A stretch of DNA of 64,000 nucleotides from an uncultured Alphaproteobacteria bacterium (GTDB taxonomy: Bacteria; Pseudomonadota; Alphaproteobacteria; CBDUZE01), in the NCBI GenBank assembly GCA_965371625.1, contig CBDUZE010000013.1, forward strand, positions 34,107-98,106, read 5' to 3'. A program made the translations under genes and the position numbers. The notes below the pieces were generated by a model. It worked only from the letters and a program-made list of their open reading frames with translations, had not been told where the DNA came from and did no database searches. Positions 28,312 through 39,860 of the stretch are shown one piece after another; positions within the stretch are counted from its first letter, which is position 1; each line of letters begins with the position of its first letter.

Positions 28312-29628
28312 TCAGCCCTTGGGGCGCAGGTCGACGACCCTCTGAGCCTTGCCCATCGAGCGCTCGATGCCGCCCGGCTCCAAGAGCCGCACCGCCGCCG
28401 TGACGCCGATGAGATCCTTGATGCGGCCCTTCAGCTCCTCGGCGCAGGCGGCCTGGGCGCTCTCGCCGGCGCCGGCCAGCGCGGGCGCCATCTCGACCAC
28501 CACGTCGAGCTCGTCGAGCGCCTTCTCGCGCCGCACCTCGAGAAGGTAGTGGGGCGCCAGGCGCTTTTCCTTGAGCACGATCTCCTCGATCTGGGTCGGG
28601 AACAGGTTGACGCCGCGGATGATCAGCATGTCGTCGGTGCGGCCGGTGATCTTCTCCATGCGGCGCATGGTGCGCGCGGTGCCGGGAAGCAAGCGGGTGA
28701 GGTCGCGGGTGCGGTAGCGCACCACCGGGAAGGCCTCCTTGGTGAGCGAGGTGAAGACCAGCTCGCCGAGCTCGCCATCCGCCAGCACCGCGCCCGACGC
28801 CGGGTCGACGATCTCGGGATAGAAGTGGTCCTCCCAGACGTGGAGGCCGCCCTTGGCCTCGACGCACTCGTTGGCGACGCCGGGACCCATGACCTCGGAG
28901 AGGCCATAGATGTCGACCGCCTCGATGTCGAAGCGCTCCTCGATTTGCGCGCGCATCTGCTCGGTCCAGGGCTCGGCGCCGTGGATGCCGACCTTGAGCG
29001 AGCAGCGCCGCGAGTCGAGGCCCTGGCGCTCGAACTCCTCGCCGATCGCCAGCATATAGGACGGCGTCACCATGATCACCGCCGGCTCGAAGTCCCGGAT
29101 CAGCTGGACCTGGCGCTCGGTCTGGCCGCCCGACATCGGGATCACCGTGCAGCCCAGGCGCTCGGCCCCATAGTGGGCGCCGAGGCCGCCGGTGAACAGG
29201 CCGTAGCCGTAGGCGATGTGGACGATGTCGCCGGGCTTGCCGCCCGAGGCGCGGATCGAGCGCGCCATGCAGTCCGACCACATCTCGATGTCCTTGGCGG
29301 TGTAGCCCACCACCGTGGGCTTGCCGGTGGTGCCCGAGGAGGCGTGGATGCGCACCACCCGCTGGCGCGGCACCGCGAACATACCGAAGGGGTAGTTCTG
29401 GCGCAGGTCCTCCTTGGTGGTGAGCGGGAAGCGCGCGAGGTCGGCGAGCCCCCGCACCTCGCCCGGGTGAGCGCCGGCCTCGTCGAAGGCGCGGCGATAG
29501 TGGGGCACGTTGTCGTAGGCGTGGGCAAGCGACCACTTGAGGCGCTCGAGCTGCAGGGCCTCGAGCTCGTCGCGGCTCGCCACCTCGATGGGATCGAGGT
29601 CTTGCTTAGCCGGCGCTGTCACCCTCAT
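28312..29628 (-). CDS. paaK: Phenylacetate--CoA ligase
   Basis: IHASSGTTGKPTVVGYT, YGYGLFTGGLGAHYGAE, DIYGLSEVMGPGV, RYRTRD. Confidence 0.96.
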   Translation of the reverse strand: MRVTAPAKQDLDPIEVASRDELEALQLERLKWSLAHAYDNVPHYRRAFDEAGAHPGEVRGLADLARFPLTTKEDLRQNYPFGMFAVPRQRVVRIHASSGTTGKPTVVGYTAKDIEMWSDCMARSIRASGGKPGDIVHIAYGYGLFTGGLGAHYGAERLGCTVIPMSGGQTERQVQLIRDFEPAVIMVTPSYMLAIGEEFERQGLDSRRCSLKVGIHGAEPWTEQMRAQIEERFDIEAVDIYGLSEVMGPGVANECVEAKGGLHVWEDHFYPEIVDPASGAVLADGELGELVFTSLTKEAFPVVRYRTRDLTRLLPGTARTMRRMEKITGRTDDMLIIRGVNLFPTQIEEIVLKEKRLAPHYLLEVRREKALDELDVVVEMAPALAGAGESAQAACAEELKGRIKDLIGVTAAVRLLEPGGIERSMGKAQRVVDLRPKG

Positions 29629-29722
29629 GATTCTCTCCCAAGACCACAAGACCATTTATCGGCGGCGCCAACGAAGATACCCCGACCGACGGGTCCTCCT
29701 CGGCATTTTTCGGAAACGGCAC

Positions 29723-30004
29723 TCACTCTCCCGGCCATCTTCGCGCGCCATGTATGACGGCGAGAATCTCCACCACCTCCGAGCTGACCCGGTAGGGGAT
29801 GATAAATGGCGTGCCGGGGACGACCAGCTCGCGGCTGTTCGGCAGGCGCCCCGGCCGGCCACTCGCCGGAAACTCGGCGAGCCGTTCGACGGCTTCGAGG
29901 ATCGTGAGAGCCACGGCCCTGGCGGCTCGTGGATCGGCTTGAGAGATGTAGCGTCGCACAGCGCGCAAATCGCGGCCCGCCCGCTCGCTCCATTCGATCC
30001 TCAT
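29723..30004 (-). CDS. RelE/ParE family toxin
   Basis: IEWSERAGRDL..YI..DP.AA, FPASGRPG, RELVV..PFIIPYRV, ILAVIHGAR. Confidence 0.92.
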   Translation of the reverse strand: MRIEWSERAGRDLRAVRRYISQADPRAARAVALTILEAVERLAEFPASGRPGRLPNSRELVVPGTPFIIPYRVSSEVVEILAVIHGARRWPGE

Positions 30005-30270
30005 ACGGGTGGGTCAGGCTCATCTTCGCTGCCCCAGGTCTGCAGCCATTCGCGGATGCGCTCATGGGGCAAGGTGCGCCCGGCGTCCGCGTCCGCCACT
30101 CCTTCCTCGATGTGCGCGATCTGCCACGCCTGATTCTCCAGGTACGCGTCCAGCGCCTGTTCCAAATGCCACGACCGCGGCCGATCGGTGGCCTCCGCAA
30201 GGCGTTCCAGGCGTCTTATCTTCTCCGTCTTGATGCGAAAGGAGATCGCCTGCGTATTTGGATTGCTCAT
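30001..30270 (-). CDS. CopG/ribbon-helix-helix antitoxin
   Basis: ISFRI...RLERLAEATDRPRSW...AL..YL, IEEGVADADAG, WLQTWG; 4-nt overlap with the toxin. Confidence 0.9.
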   Translation of the reverse strand: MSNPNTQAISFRIKTEKIRRLERLAEATDRPRSWHLEQALDAYLENQAWQIAHIEEGVADADAGRTLPHERIREWLQTWGSEDEPDPPV

Positions 30271-30287
30271 GACGACCCTCTTTGGAT

Positions 30288-30322
30288 GTGCGCGTTGTGC
30301 ACAGTCCACACATTATGCACAG
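30288..30322 (-). promoter_or_regulatory. Putative TA promoter/operator
   Basis: Minus strand ctgtgcataatgtgtggactgtgcaca: -10-like CATAAT, repeated CTGTGCA, palindrome TGTGCACA. Confidence 0.45.
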
Positions 30323-30394
30323 CGCTCAGGTGGGTGACAAGCTTCGCGCCGACCCGCGCTACGCCCGGCGAACCAAGGCGCGGAATTCTGGGCG

Positions 30395-31615
<1,221 letters not shown>

Positions 31616-31803
31616 GGGCTTGGCTCGCTGTCGAGGGCGGTCGGGCTGCGCCGCCGCCCCATGGTAAACGCCGCGCGCCCTCGCCGTCACCCCTTGGCTG
31701 AGGCGCGGCCGCCAGATACGGAGAGTGCGTGGCCTCGCATGCTAACGGGGATTTCCACGGAGTGTTACGGTGTGACCTCCGATAAGCTCGGGCACACCGA
31801 AAG

Positions 31804-33381
31804 ATGACGATCCCGCTGCACATTCGCGTCGCCGTGCTCGCCCTCGCCGCGGTGCTGCTGGCACCGGTGGGCGCCGGGGCCCAATCCGACGCGCTGATGC
31901 AGGCGTTCCGGCAGTACAAGGCGTTCAACGAACAAGGCCGGTACGGCGAAGCGGAGCCTTTCGCCCGCAAAGCGCTGGAACTGGGTGAAGAGGAACTTGG
32001 TCCGGAGCACCAAACAACCGCCGTACTGCTGAACAACCTGGCGGAGCTCTACCGCGTCCAGGGCAAATACGCCGAGGCCGAGCCGCTGCACAAGCGCGCG
32101 CTGGCGGTTCGGGAAAATGTGCTTGGGCCGGAGCATCCCGACCTAGCCCAGAGCCTCAACAACCTGGCGGAGTTGTACCGCTTCCAGGGCCTCTACGCCG
32201 AGGGCGAGCCCCTCCACAAACGCGCGCTGGCGATTTGGGAGAAGGCGCTGGGGCTGGAGCATCCCTACGTGGCGCACAGCCTCAACAACCTGGCTCTGAT
32301 CTACAAGGCCCAGGGCCTTTACACTGAGGCCGAGCCGCTCTACGAGCGGTCGCTGGCGATCTGGGGGAAGGCACTCGGGCCGGAGCATCCCCAAGTCGCA
32401 ACCGGCCTCAACAACCTGGCGGAACTCTACCGCCTCCAGGGCCGCTACGCCGAGGCCGAGCCGCTCCACAAGCGAGCGCTGACGATTGATGAGAAGGCGC
32501 TGGGGCTGGAGCATCCCAACGTGGCCCAGAGCCTCGCCAACCTGGCGTTGCTCTACCAAGCCCAAGGCCGCTACCCTGAGGCCGAGCCGCTCTATGAGCA
32601 GTCGCTGGCGATCTTGGAGAAGGCCCTGGGGTCGGAGCATTCCGAAATAGCCCAGAGCCTCAACAACCTGGCGAATCTCTACCGCGCCCAGGGCCGCTAC
32701 GCCGAGGCCCAGCCGCTCCACAAACGCGCTTTGGCGATCCGGGAAAATGCTCTTGGTCCGGAGCATCCCAACGTGGCCCAGAGCCTCAACAATCTGGCGT
32801 TGCTCTACCAAGCCCAAGGCCGCTACCCTGAGGCCGAGCCGCTCTATGAGCAGTCGCTGGCGATCTTGGAGAAGGCCCTGGGGTCGGAGCATTCCGAGGT
32901 AGCCCAGAGCCTCAACAACTTGGCGAATCTTTACCACGCCCAGGGCCGCTACGCCGAGGCCGAGCCGCTCCACAAACGCGCTTTGGCGATCCGCGAAGAA
33001 GCGCTTGGTCCGGAGCATCCTCACACGGCCCAGAGCCTCAACAACCTGGCGCTGATTTACCAAGCCCAAGGCCGGCACGCCGAGGCCGAGCCGCTCCACC
33101 AGCGGGCGCTGGCGATCAAGGAGAAGGTTCTCGGGTCGGAGCACTCCAGCTTAGCCACGAGCCTCAACAACCTGGCGAATCTCTACCGCGACCGGGGCCG
33201 CCACGCCAAGGCCGAGCCGCTCTTCAAGCGCGCCCTGGCGATCTTTGAGAAGACCCTGGGGCCGGAGCATCCCAATGTGGCTCAGAGCCTTGAGAACTAC
33301 GCCGCTCTGCTCCGCAAGACCGGGCGCGACGCCGAGGCGTCAAAGATGGAGGCCCGTGCCAAGGCGATCCGCGCCAAATAA
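31804..33381 (+). CDS. Secreted 42-aa TPR (kinesin-light-chain-type) repeat protein
   Basis: Signal peptide (..AGA|Q); 10 canonical SLNNLAxLYxxQGRYxEAEPL..RALAI.EK.LGPEHP repeats plus N- and C-terminal caps. Confidence 0.92.
   Translation: MTIPLHIRVAVLALAAVLLAPVGAGAQSDALMQAFRQYKAFNEQGRYGEAEPFARKALELGEEELGPEHQTTAVLLNNLAELYRVQGKYAEAEPLHKRALAVRENVLGPEHPDLAQSLNNLAELYRFQGLYAEGEPLHKRALAIWEKALGLEHPYVAHSLNNLALIYKAQGLYTEAEPLYERSLAIWGKALGPEHPQVATGLNNLAELYRLQGRYAEAEPLHKRALTIDEKALGLEHPNVAQSLANLALLYQAQGRYPEAEPLYEQSLAILEKALGSEHSEIAQSLNNLANLYRAQGRYAEAQPLHKRALAIRENALGPEHPNVAQSLNNLALLYQAQGRYPEAEPLYEQSLAILEKALGSEHSEVAQSLNNLANLYHAQGRYAEAEPLHKRALAIREEALGPEHPHTAQSLNNLALIYQAQGRHAEAEPLHQRALAIKEKVLGSEHSSLATSLNNLANLYRDRGRHAKAEPLFKRALAIFEKTLGPEHPNVAQSLENYAALLRKTGRDAEASKMEARAKAIRAK
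32010..33290 (+). repeat. 126-bp TPR tandem array including a recent 252-bp duplication
   Basis: ~32508-32759 is nearly identical to ~32760-33011, including synonymous positions. Confidence 0.88.
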
Positions 33382-33392
33382 GCAGCACAGAA

Positions 33393-33755
33393 CCCGCCGA
33401 AGTGACGTCCCCGCGCGGCTCGACCTCGACGCCCACTGGGTCGTGCTCTCGGCCTGCAACACGACGGCGGGCGGGGAGCCTGGGGCGGAAGGGCTCTCGG
33501 GCCTGGCCAAAGGCCTTCTTCTGCGCCGGCAGCCGCGCGCTCCTGGTCTCGCACTGGCCGGTGGCATCGGCGAGCACGGTCAAGCTCATCACCGGCGTGT
33601 TCGCCGCGGCCGCGGCGAACCCTGAGATCGGGCGGGCGGAGGCGCTGCGCCGCTCGATGCTGAAGCTGATGGACGACCCGGACCACTCTGAGTTCGCCCA
33701 TCCCGCGTTCTGGGCCCCGTTCGTGGTCGTCGGCGAGGGTGGTGCGCGGGGGTGA
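33393..33755 (+). pseudogene. Frameshifted C-terminal fragment of a CHAT (caspase-like) domain
   Basis: ARLDLDAHWVVLSACNT..AEGLSGLAK, +1 shift at aaa 33509-33511, then AFFCAGSRALLVSHWPV...AHPAFWAPFVVVGEG*. Confidence 0.88.
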
Positions 33756-33846
33756 GACAGCGGGCCAATTGTGGCGACAACCGGGCCACGGTTAGACCCC
33801 GCGCGGCGGCCCGAGTAGGCGATATCCGTGGAGGCCTGGCGCCGGC

Positions 33847-34932
33847 TCAGCCGAGGCGCCAGTTATCGACCTGGTCGGGATCGAAGGTGAAGCCCAGCCC
33901 GGGCCTCTCGGGCATGGCGATCGAGCCCTCCTCGAGCACCATCTTCTCGCGAAAGAGCGGCGCGAACCACGGCATGTGCTCGAGGTAGATGGCGTTGGCG
34001 GCAGAGCCGGCGATGGTCAGGCTGTGCTCGGGGAAGACGTGGGGCGAGATCGGCAGCTCGTGCGCCTCGGCCAGGTGAGCCGCCTTGCGGAACTCGGTCA
34101 GGCCGCCGATGCGCTGCAGATCGGGCATCAGGATGTCGGCGGCCTTGGCCTCGATCATCGCGGCCATGCCGTGGCGGGTGTACTCGCTCTCGCCCGAGGC
34201 GACGGGCGTGTCGAGGGCGGCGGCGACCCGGGCGTGACCCTCGAGGTCGTAGGCCGCCACCGGCTCCTCGAACCACACCAGGTCGAGATCCTCGAGGCGG
34301 CGCCCGAGGCGGATGGCGTGAGCGACGCTGAGGCCCTGATTGGCGTCGACCATCAGCTCGATATCCGGCCCCACCGCCTGGCGCACCGCGCTCACCCGCT
34401 CCACGTCCTCGCCGTAGCGCGGCTTGCCGATGCGTATCTTCATGGCGCGGAAGCCCTGGGCCACGAACTCCTGCGCCTCGGCGACCAGCTCTTCGGTCGA
34501 ATGGCTGAGCCAGAGCCCGCCCGAGGCGTAGGCCTTGATGCGCTCGCGCACGGCGCCGAACAGCCTGTAGAGCGGCTCATCGGCGGCCTTGCCGACGAGG
34601 TCCCAGCACGCGGTATCGAGCGCCGAGAGCGCGAACAGGGTGATGCCCTTGTGGCCGAAGAAGTTGATGTCGCGCCACATCGCCTGCCAGATGGCCTCGA
34701 CCCGGTGGGGGTCCTGGCCCACGACATGGTGCTCCAGGCTCCTGACCATGGCGTCCAACACCTCGAGCCGCAGCGCGCTTAAGCTGAACATGTAGCTCTC
34801 GCCGACGAGCCCCTCATCGCTGTCGAGGGTGACCAGCACGCAGCCCACCGAGCGGATGTCGTGGATGGCGGTGCGGATCGGCTTGGCGATCGGCAACTCG
34901 ACCCGGACCGTGCGCAGGGCGGTGATTCGCAT
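33847..34932 (-). CDS. Mandelate racemase/muconate lactonizing enzyme family protein
   Basis: DTACWDL.GK, MKIRIG, DANQ, WFEEP, GESE, SPH. Confidence 0.92.
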   Translation of the reverse strand: MRITALRTVRVELPIAKPIRTAIHDIRSVGCVLVTLDSDEGLVGESYMFSLSALRLEVLDAMVRSLEHHVVGQDPHRVEAIWQAMWRDINFFGHKGITLFALSALDTACWDLVGKAADEPLYRLFGAVRERIKAYASGGLWLSHSTEELVAEAQEFVAQGFRAMKIRIGKPRYGEDVERVSAVRQAVGPDIELMVDANQGLSVAHAIRLGRRLEDLDLVWFEEPVAAYDLEGHARVAAALDTPVASGESEYTRHGMAAMIEAKAADILMPDLQRIGGLTEFRKAAHLAEAHELPISPHVFPEHSLTIAGSAANAIYLEHMPWFAPLFREKMVLEEGSIAMPERPGLGFTFDPDQVDNWRLG

Positions 34933-34951
34933 GCTTCCCCGACCCCTCTCT

Positions 34952-35653
34952 TCACACCCCCAGGTAGCGGCGCTGGACGTCCTCGCTGGCGCTGAGCTCG
35001 GGCGAAGAGCCCTGCCACACCACCTTGCCCTTCTCGATGATGTAGTGGCGGTCGGCGATGCGGGTCAGCGCCTTGACGCTCTTGTCGATGATCAGGATCG
35101 ACTGCCCGGCGCGCTTGAGCTCGCCCAGACGCTGCCAGATCTCGGCCCGGATCAGGGGCGCCAGGCCCTCGGTCGCCTCGTCGAGGATCAGGAGCTTGGG
35201 ATTGGTCATCAGCGCCCGTCCGATCGAGAGCATCTGCTGCTCCCCGCCCGAGAGCTCGTTGCCCATGCTGGCCGAGCGTTCCCCGAGCCTGGGAAAGAGC
35301 TCGTAGACCCGCTCCAGGGTCCAGGGCTCGGCACCGCCGCCGCGGTTGGCGGCGGTCGCCACCAGGTTCTCGCGCACCGTCAGGTTGGGGAACACCTGCC
35401 GCCCCTCGGGCACCAGGCCGATGCCGAGCTGGGCGACGCGGTAGGCGGGGAGCTCGCGGATGTCGGTGCCCTCGAAGGTGATCGAGCCGCTGGCCGCCGG
35501 CGTCAGGCCCATGATCGAGCGCACGGTGGTGGTCTTGCCCATGCCGTTGCGGCCCATCAGGGTCACCACCTCGCCGGCCCCGACGTTAAGCTCCATGCGG
35601 AACAGGACCTGGCTCTGGCCGTAGAAGGTCTCGATGGCGGCGACCTCGAGCAT
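34952..35653 (-). CDS. ABC ATP-binding protein (LivF-like)
   Basis: GRNGMGKTT, LSGGEQQML, LILDEATEGLAP; alternative start at 35677. Confidence 0.93.
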   Translation of the reverse strand: MLEVAAIETFYGQSQVLFRMELNVGAGEVVTLMGRNGMGKTTTVRSIMGLTPAASGSITFEGTDIRELPAYRVAQLGIGLVPEGRQVFPNLTVRENLVATAANRGGGAEPWTLERVYELFPRLGERSASMGNELSGGEQQMLSIGRALMTNPKLLILDEATEGLAPLIRAEIWQRLGELKRAGQSILIIDKSVKALTRIADRHYIIEKGKVVWQGSSPELSASEDVQRRYLGV

Positions 35654-35654
35654 C

Positions 35655-36436
<782 letters not shown>

Positions 36437-36440
<4 letters not shown>

Positions 36441-37399
36441 GGCGCCCGGCCGGAGGGCAGGATGCCCAGGATTCCGCGCCTGGCGAACAGCACCAGGAAG
36501 ATCAGGATCGGCCCCAGCACGATCTGCCAGTGCACGCCGGTGTCGGCGATCACCGCGTTCATCATCTCGGGCAGGTACTCCTCGAGCAGGAGGAAGGCGG
36601 TGGCGCCGAGGACCGGGCCGAACAGGGTCCCGATGCCGCCCATGATGACCATGATCAAAAGCTCGCCCGAGCGCGTCCAGTGCATGAACTCAGGCGTCAC
36701 GAACTCGGTCAGGTTGGCGAGCAGCGCGCCGGCCACCCCGCACATGGTGCCGGCGAGGACGAAGGCGGCGAGCTTGTAGCGGTAGATGGGAAAACCGAGC
36801 GCCCGCATGCGCCGCTCGTTGGAGCGCGCGCCGCGGATCACCATGCCGAAGCGCGAGCTCACCAGGCGGCGGCCGAGGAAGAGGAACAGGAGCAGGATGC
36901 CGAGGATGAGGTAGTAGAGCGAGTTGCCGGCGTAGAGGTCGATGGCGCCGAAGAACTCGGAACGGTTGGTCGGCATGCCGTCGTCGCCGCCATAGGTCTC
37001 GAGGCTGATGCCGAAGAAATAGAGCATCTGCGTGAAGGCCAGGGTGATCATGATGAAGTAGACCCCGGTGGTGCGCAGCGAGATCGCGCCGATGCCGAGC
37101 GAGACCAGCGCCGAGGCGACGATGGCGACCAGGAGCTGAAGCACCCCGTTGTCGATGCCGTAGAACGAGAGCACGCCCACGGCGTAGGCGCCGACGCCGA
37201 GATAGGCGGCGTGGCCGAAGCTCACCATGCCGCCGAAGCCCAGGATCAGGTCGAGGCTCATGGCGGCGATGGCGAAGATCATGATGCGCGCGAAGAGGTC
37301 GACGTAGAAGGGCTCGTCGAGCGCCACCGCCACCTGGGGCAGGGCCAACAGCACCACCAGGCCGATGACCAGAACGACGCCGCGGGAGGTGATCGCCAT
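36437..37399 (-). CDS. ABC permease (LivM-like)
   Basis: SFGHAAY.G, YFIMITLAF, GGDDG; multiple TM helices. Confidence 0.92.
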
Positions 37400-37402
37400 G
37401 GC

Positions 37403-38326
37403 TTACCCGGTGCGCGCCGGGAACAGGCCCTGGGGCCGGAAGGTGAGTACCGCCGCCATCAGGATGTAGATCAGCATCGAGGCGATGGCCGGGCCCGCGG
37501 TGTCGGCGACGTCGGGCGCCAGGAAGGTCTTGAGGAACAGCGGCAGGAAGGCGCGGCCGATGGTGTCGACCACGCCGACGATCACGGCGGCGACGAAGGC
37601 GCCCCGGATCGAGCCGATGCCGCCGATGACGATGACCACCAAGGTGAGGATCAGGATCTGCTCGCCCATGCCCGGCTGCACCGTGAAGATGGGCCCCGCC
37701 ATCAGCCCCGAAAGGCCGGCCAGCGCCGCGCCGAGACCGAACACCAGGGTGTAGAGCAACTTCACGTCGATCCCCAGCGCGCCGACGATCTCGCGGTTGC
37801 TGGCGCCGGCGCGGATCAGCATGCCGAGGCGGGTGCGCGTCACCAGGAGGTAGAGGAACAGCGCCACAAAGAGCCCCACGGCGATGATCGCCAGGCGATA
37901 GGTGGGGTAGGGGGCGCCGGGGATGAACTCGACCCGGCCCTCGAGGAACGAGGGCAGCGACGTGTAAAGCGCCGCCGGTCCCCAGACGATGCGCACCAGC
38001 TCGTTGAAGAACAGGATCAGGCCGAAGGTGGCGAGCACCTGGTCGAGGTGGTCGCGCTCGTAAAGCGTCCGGAGCGCCACCACCTCGACGACGATGCCGA
38101 CCACCAGCGCCGCCGGCAGCGCCAGCAGCACCGCCAGGATGAACGAGCCGGTCCACTGGTGAAAGGTGGTGGCGAAGTAGGCCCCCACCATGTAGAGCGA
38201 GCCGTGCGCCAGGTTGACCAGGTTCATGATCCCGAACACCAGGGTCAACCCGGCCGCCATGAGGAACAGCATGACGCCGAACTGAAGGCCGTTGAGGCCC
38301 TGTTCGAGCAACAGCAAGAAGGTCAT
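37403..38326 (-). CDS. ABC permease (LivH-like)
   Basis: GLTLVFGIMNLVNLAHG, VIVIGGIGS, RPQGLF. Confidence 0.92.
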   Translation of the reverse strand: MTFLLLLEQGLNGLQFGVMLFLMAAGLTLVFGIMNLVNLAHGSLYMVGAYFATTFHQWTGSFILAVLLALPAALVVGIVVEVVALRTLYERDHLDQVLATFGLILFFNELVRIVWGPAALYTSLPSFLEGRVEFIPGAPYPTYRLAIIAVGLFVALFLYLLVTRTRLGMLIRAGASNREIVGALGIDVKLLYTLVFGLGAALAGLSGLMAGPIFTVQPGMGEQILILTLVVIVIGGIGSIRGAFVAAVIVGVVDTIGRAFLPLFLKTFLAPDVADTAGPAIASMLIYILMAAVLTFRPQGLFPARTG

Positions 38327-38365
38327 GGAGCGGGGCCGGTTACCGTCGGCCGTAAGAGAAACCAC

Positions 38366-38400
38366 AAAAAGCGGGGGGCGCGCAAGGCGGCGCCCCCCGT
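38366..38400 (-). terminator. Intrinsic terminator or mRNA-stabilising hairpin after the substrate-binding protein gene
   Basis: Minus strand stem cggggggcg/cgccccccg followed by CTTTTT. Confidence 0.7.
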
Positions 38401-38419
38401 CGCTCGGCTTGGCCGCAGG

Positions 38420-39586
38420 CTACCACTTCATGGGGCAGTCCTTGGCGTAGGCGTCGCCGTGGGACGAGAACACCACACCCTTGATCTTGGTGGTGTAGTC
38501 GTCGCCGTCCTTGACCACCTCGCGCAGGTAGAAGTTCTGAATCGGGAAGTGGTTGTTGTTGAACTTGAACGAGCCCCTGACCGAGGGGAAGTCGGCCTTG
38601 CGGATGGCCGCGATCAGCGCCTCCTTGTCGTCGAGGTTGCCGTTGACGGCGCGGATCGCCCTGTCGATCAGCATCACCGTGTCATAGCTCTGGGCGCCGT
38701 AGAACGAGGGGATGTAGCCGTACTTGGCGCGGAAGTCGGCGACGAACTTGGTATTGACCGGGTTGCCGAGGTCGGGGCTCCAGAACTGGGTCATCAGCAT
38801 GCCGAGCGCCGTCTCTTTCTGCGCCGGCAGGGTCACCGCGTCGGCGGTGTACACCGAGTAGATCGGGAGCTTGCCCATGAGGCCCGCCTGCGCGTACTGC
38901 TTGACGAACTGGATGCCCATTCCGCCGGGTAGGAACACGAACACCGCCTCGGGCTTGGCGGCGCGCAACTGGGTGATCTCGGCGGCGTAGTCCTGCTGGC
39001 CGAGCTTGGTGTAGACCTCGCCCACGATGGTGCCCTTGAAGTAGCGCTTGAAGCCGGTGAGCATGTCCTTGCCGGCCTGGTAGTTGGGCGCCATCGCGTA
39101 GACGTTGTTGACGCCCTTGTCCTGCAGGTGCTTGCCCATGGCCTCCGGCGTCTGGTCGTTCTGCCACGAGGTCGAGAAGAAGTACTTGGAGCAGCGCTTG
39201 CCGGCGATCGGCGAGGGCCCGGCGTTGGAGCCGATGAATAAGGTCTTGTTGCGGGTGACGGGGCCGTGGACGGCCATCATCACGTTCGACCAGATGATGC
39301 CCGACATGAAGTCCACCCTGTCCTTCTTCATCATCTTGTCGGCGATCTGCTTGCCGACGTCGGGCTTGCGCTGGTCGTCGCCGTAGATGATCTCGGTCTC
39401 GAGCCCGCCCACCTTGCGGTCGACGTGGTCGAGGCCGAGCTCGAAAGAGTCCTTCATGTGCTTGCCGATGATGCCGGCCGGCCCCGAGAGCGTGGTGATG
39501 AAGCCGATCTTCACCTTCTCCGCCGCCATCGCCGGGGCGGCGAGGAACGCGGCGGCGCAGGCCAGTCCGATCAAACGTTTGGTCAT
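38420..39586 (-). CDS. ABC substrate-binding protein, LIV-fold, aromatic-acid type
   Basis: Signal peptide; KIGFITTLSGP, GIIWSNV, SNAGPS, SWQND, PNYQAGKD. Confidence 0.9.
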   Translation of the reverse strand: MTKRLIGLACAAAFLAAPAMAAEKVKIGFITTLSGPAGIIGKHMKDSFELGLDHVDRKVGGLETEIIYGDDQRKPDVGKQIADKMMKKDRVDFMSGIIWSNVMMAVHGPVTRNKTLFIGSNAGPSPIAGKRCSKYFFSTSWQNDQTPEAMGKHLQDKGVNNVYAMAPNYQAGKDMLTGFKRYFKGTIVGEVYTKLGQQDYAAEITQLRAAKPEAVFVFLPGGMGIQFVKQYAQAGLMGKLPIYSVYTADAVTLPAQKETALGMLMTQFWSPDLGNPVNTKFVADFRAKYGYIPSFYGAQSYDTVMLIDRAIRAVNGNLDDKEALIAAIRKADFPSVRGSFKFNNNHFPIQNFYLREVVKDGDDYTTKIKGVVFSSHGDAYAKDCPMKW

Positions 39587-39742
39587 GTCGGTTACCCTCC
39601 CTTGAGGTTCCCTTGGCGAAGGGCGATGCAGCGGGGCGGGCATCACCCGGCGTTCGATTGCGCGGCCGCGCGGCGCCTCCGCGGCGCGGCCCGGGGGCAG
39701 TGTACTCCAGCCCGGCGGTGCTGCCAAAACCCTTCTTGGGCC

Positions 39743-39772
39743 GTGGCGATTGGTGGCGATTGGCGGCGATCG
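39743..39772. repeat. 10-bp tandem repeat x3 in divergent promoter region
   Basis: gtggcgattg gtggcgattg gcggcgatcg. Confidence 0.8.
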
Positions 39773-39860
39773 GTCGCGAAAAGGGCTGTCCCCGGTCGCC
39801 CCGGCGCGCGTAAGCTCGGGCACCTCGGGGCACCTGGGGGGCAACGGAGAGAGGCTCGCC

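Noticed and set aside
29681-29697. PaaR-like operator (ccgaccgacgggtc) upstream of paaK
   Set aside because: Only a partial dyad in GC-rich DNA and no regulator nearby; too weak to call
32010-33290. DGR target or CRISPR-like array
   Set aside because: Repeats are coding TPR units; no reverse transcriptase or separate template repeat is visible
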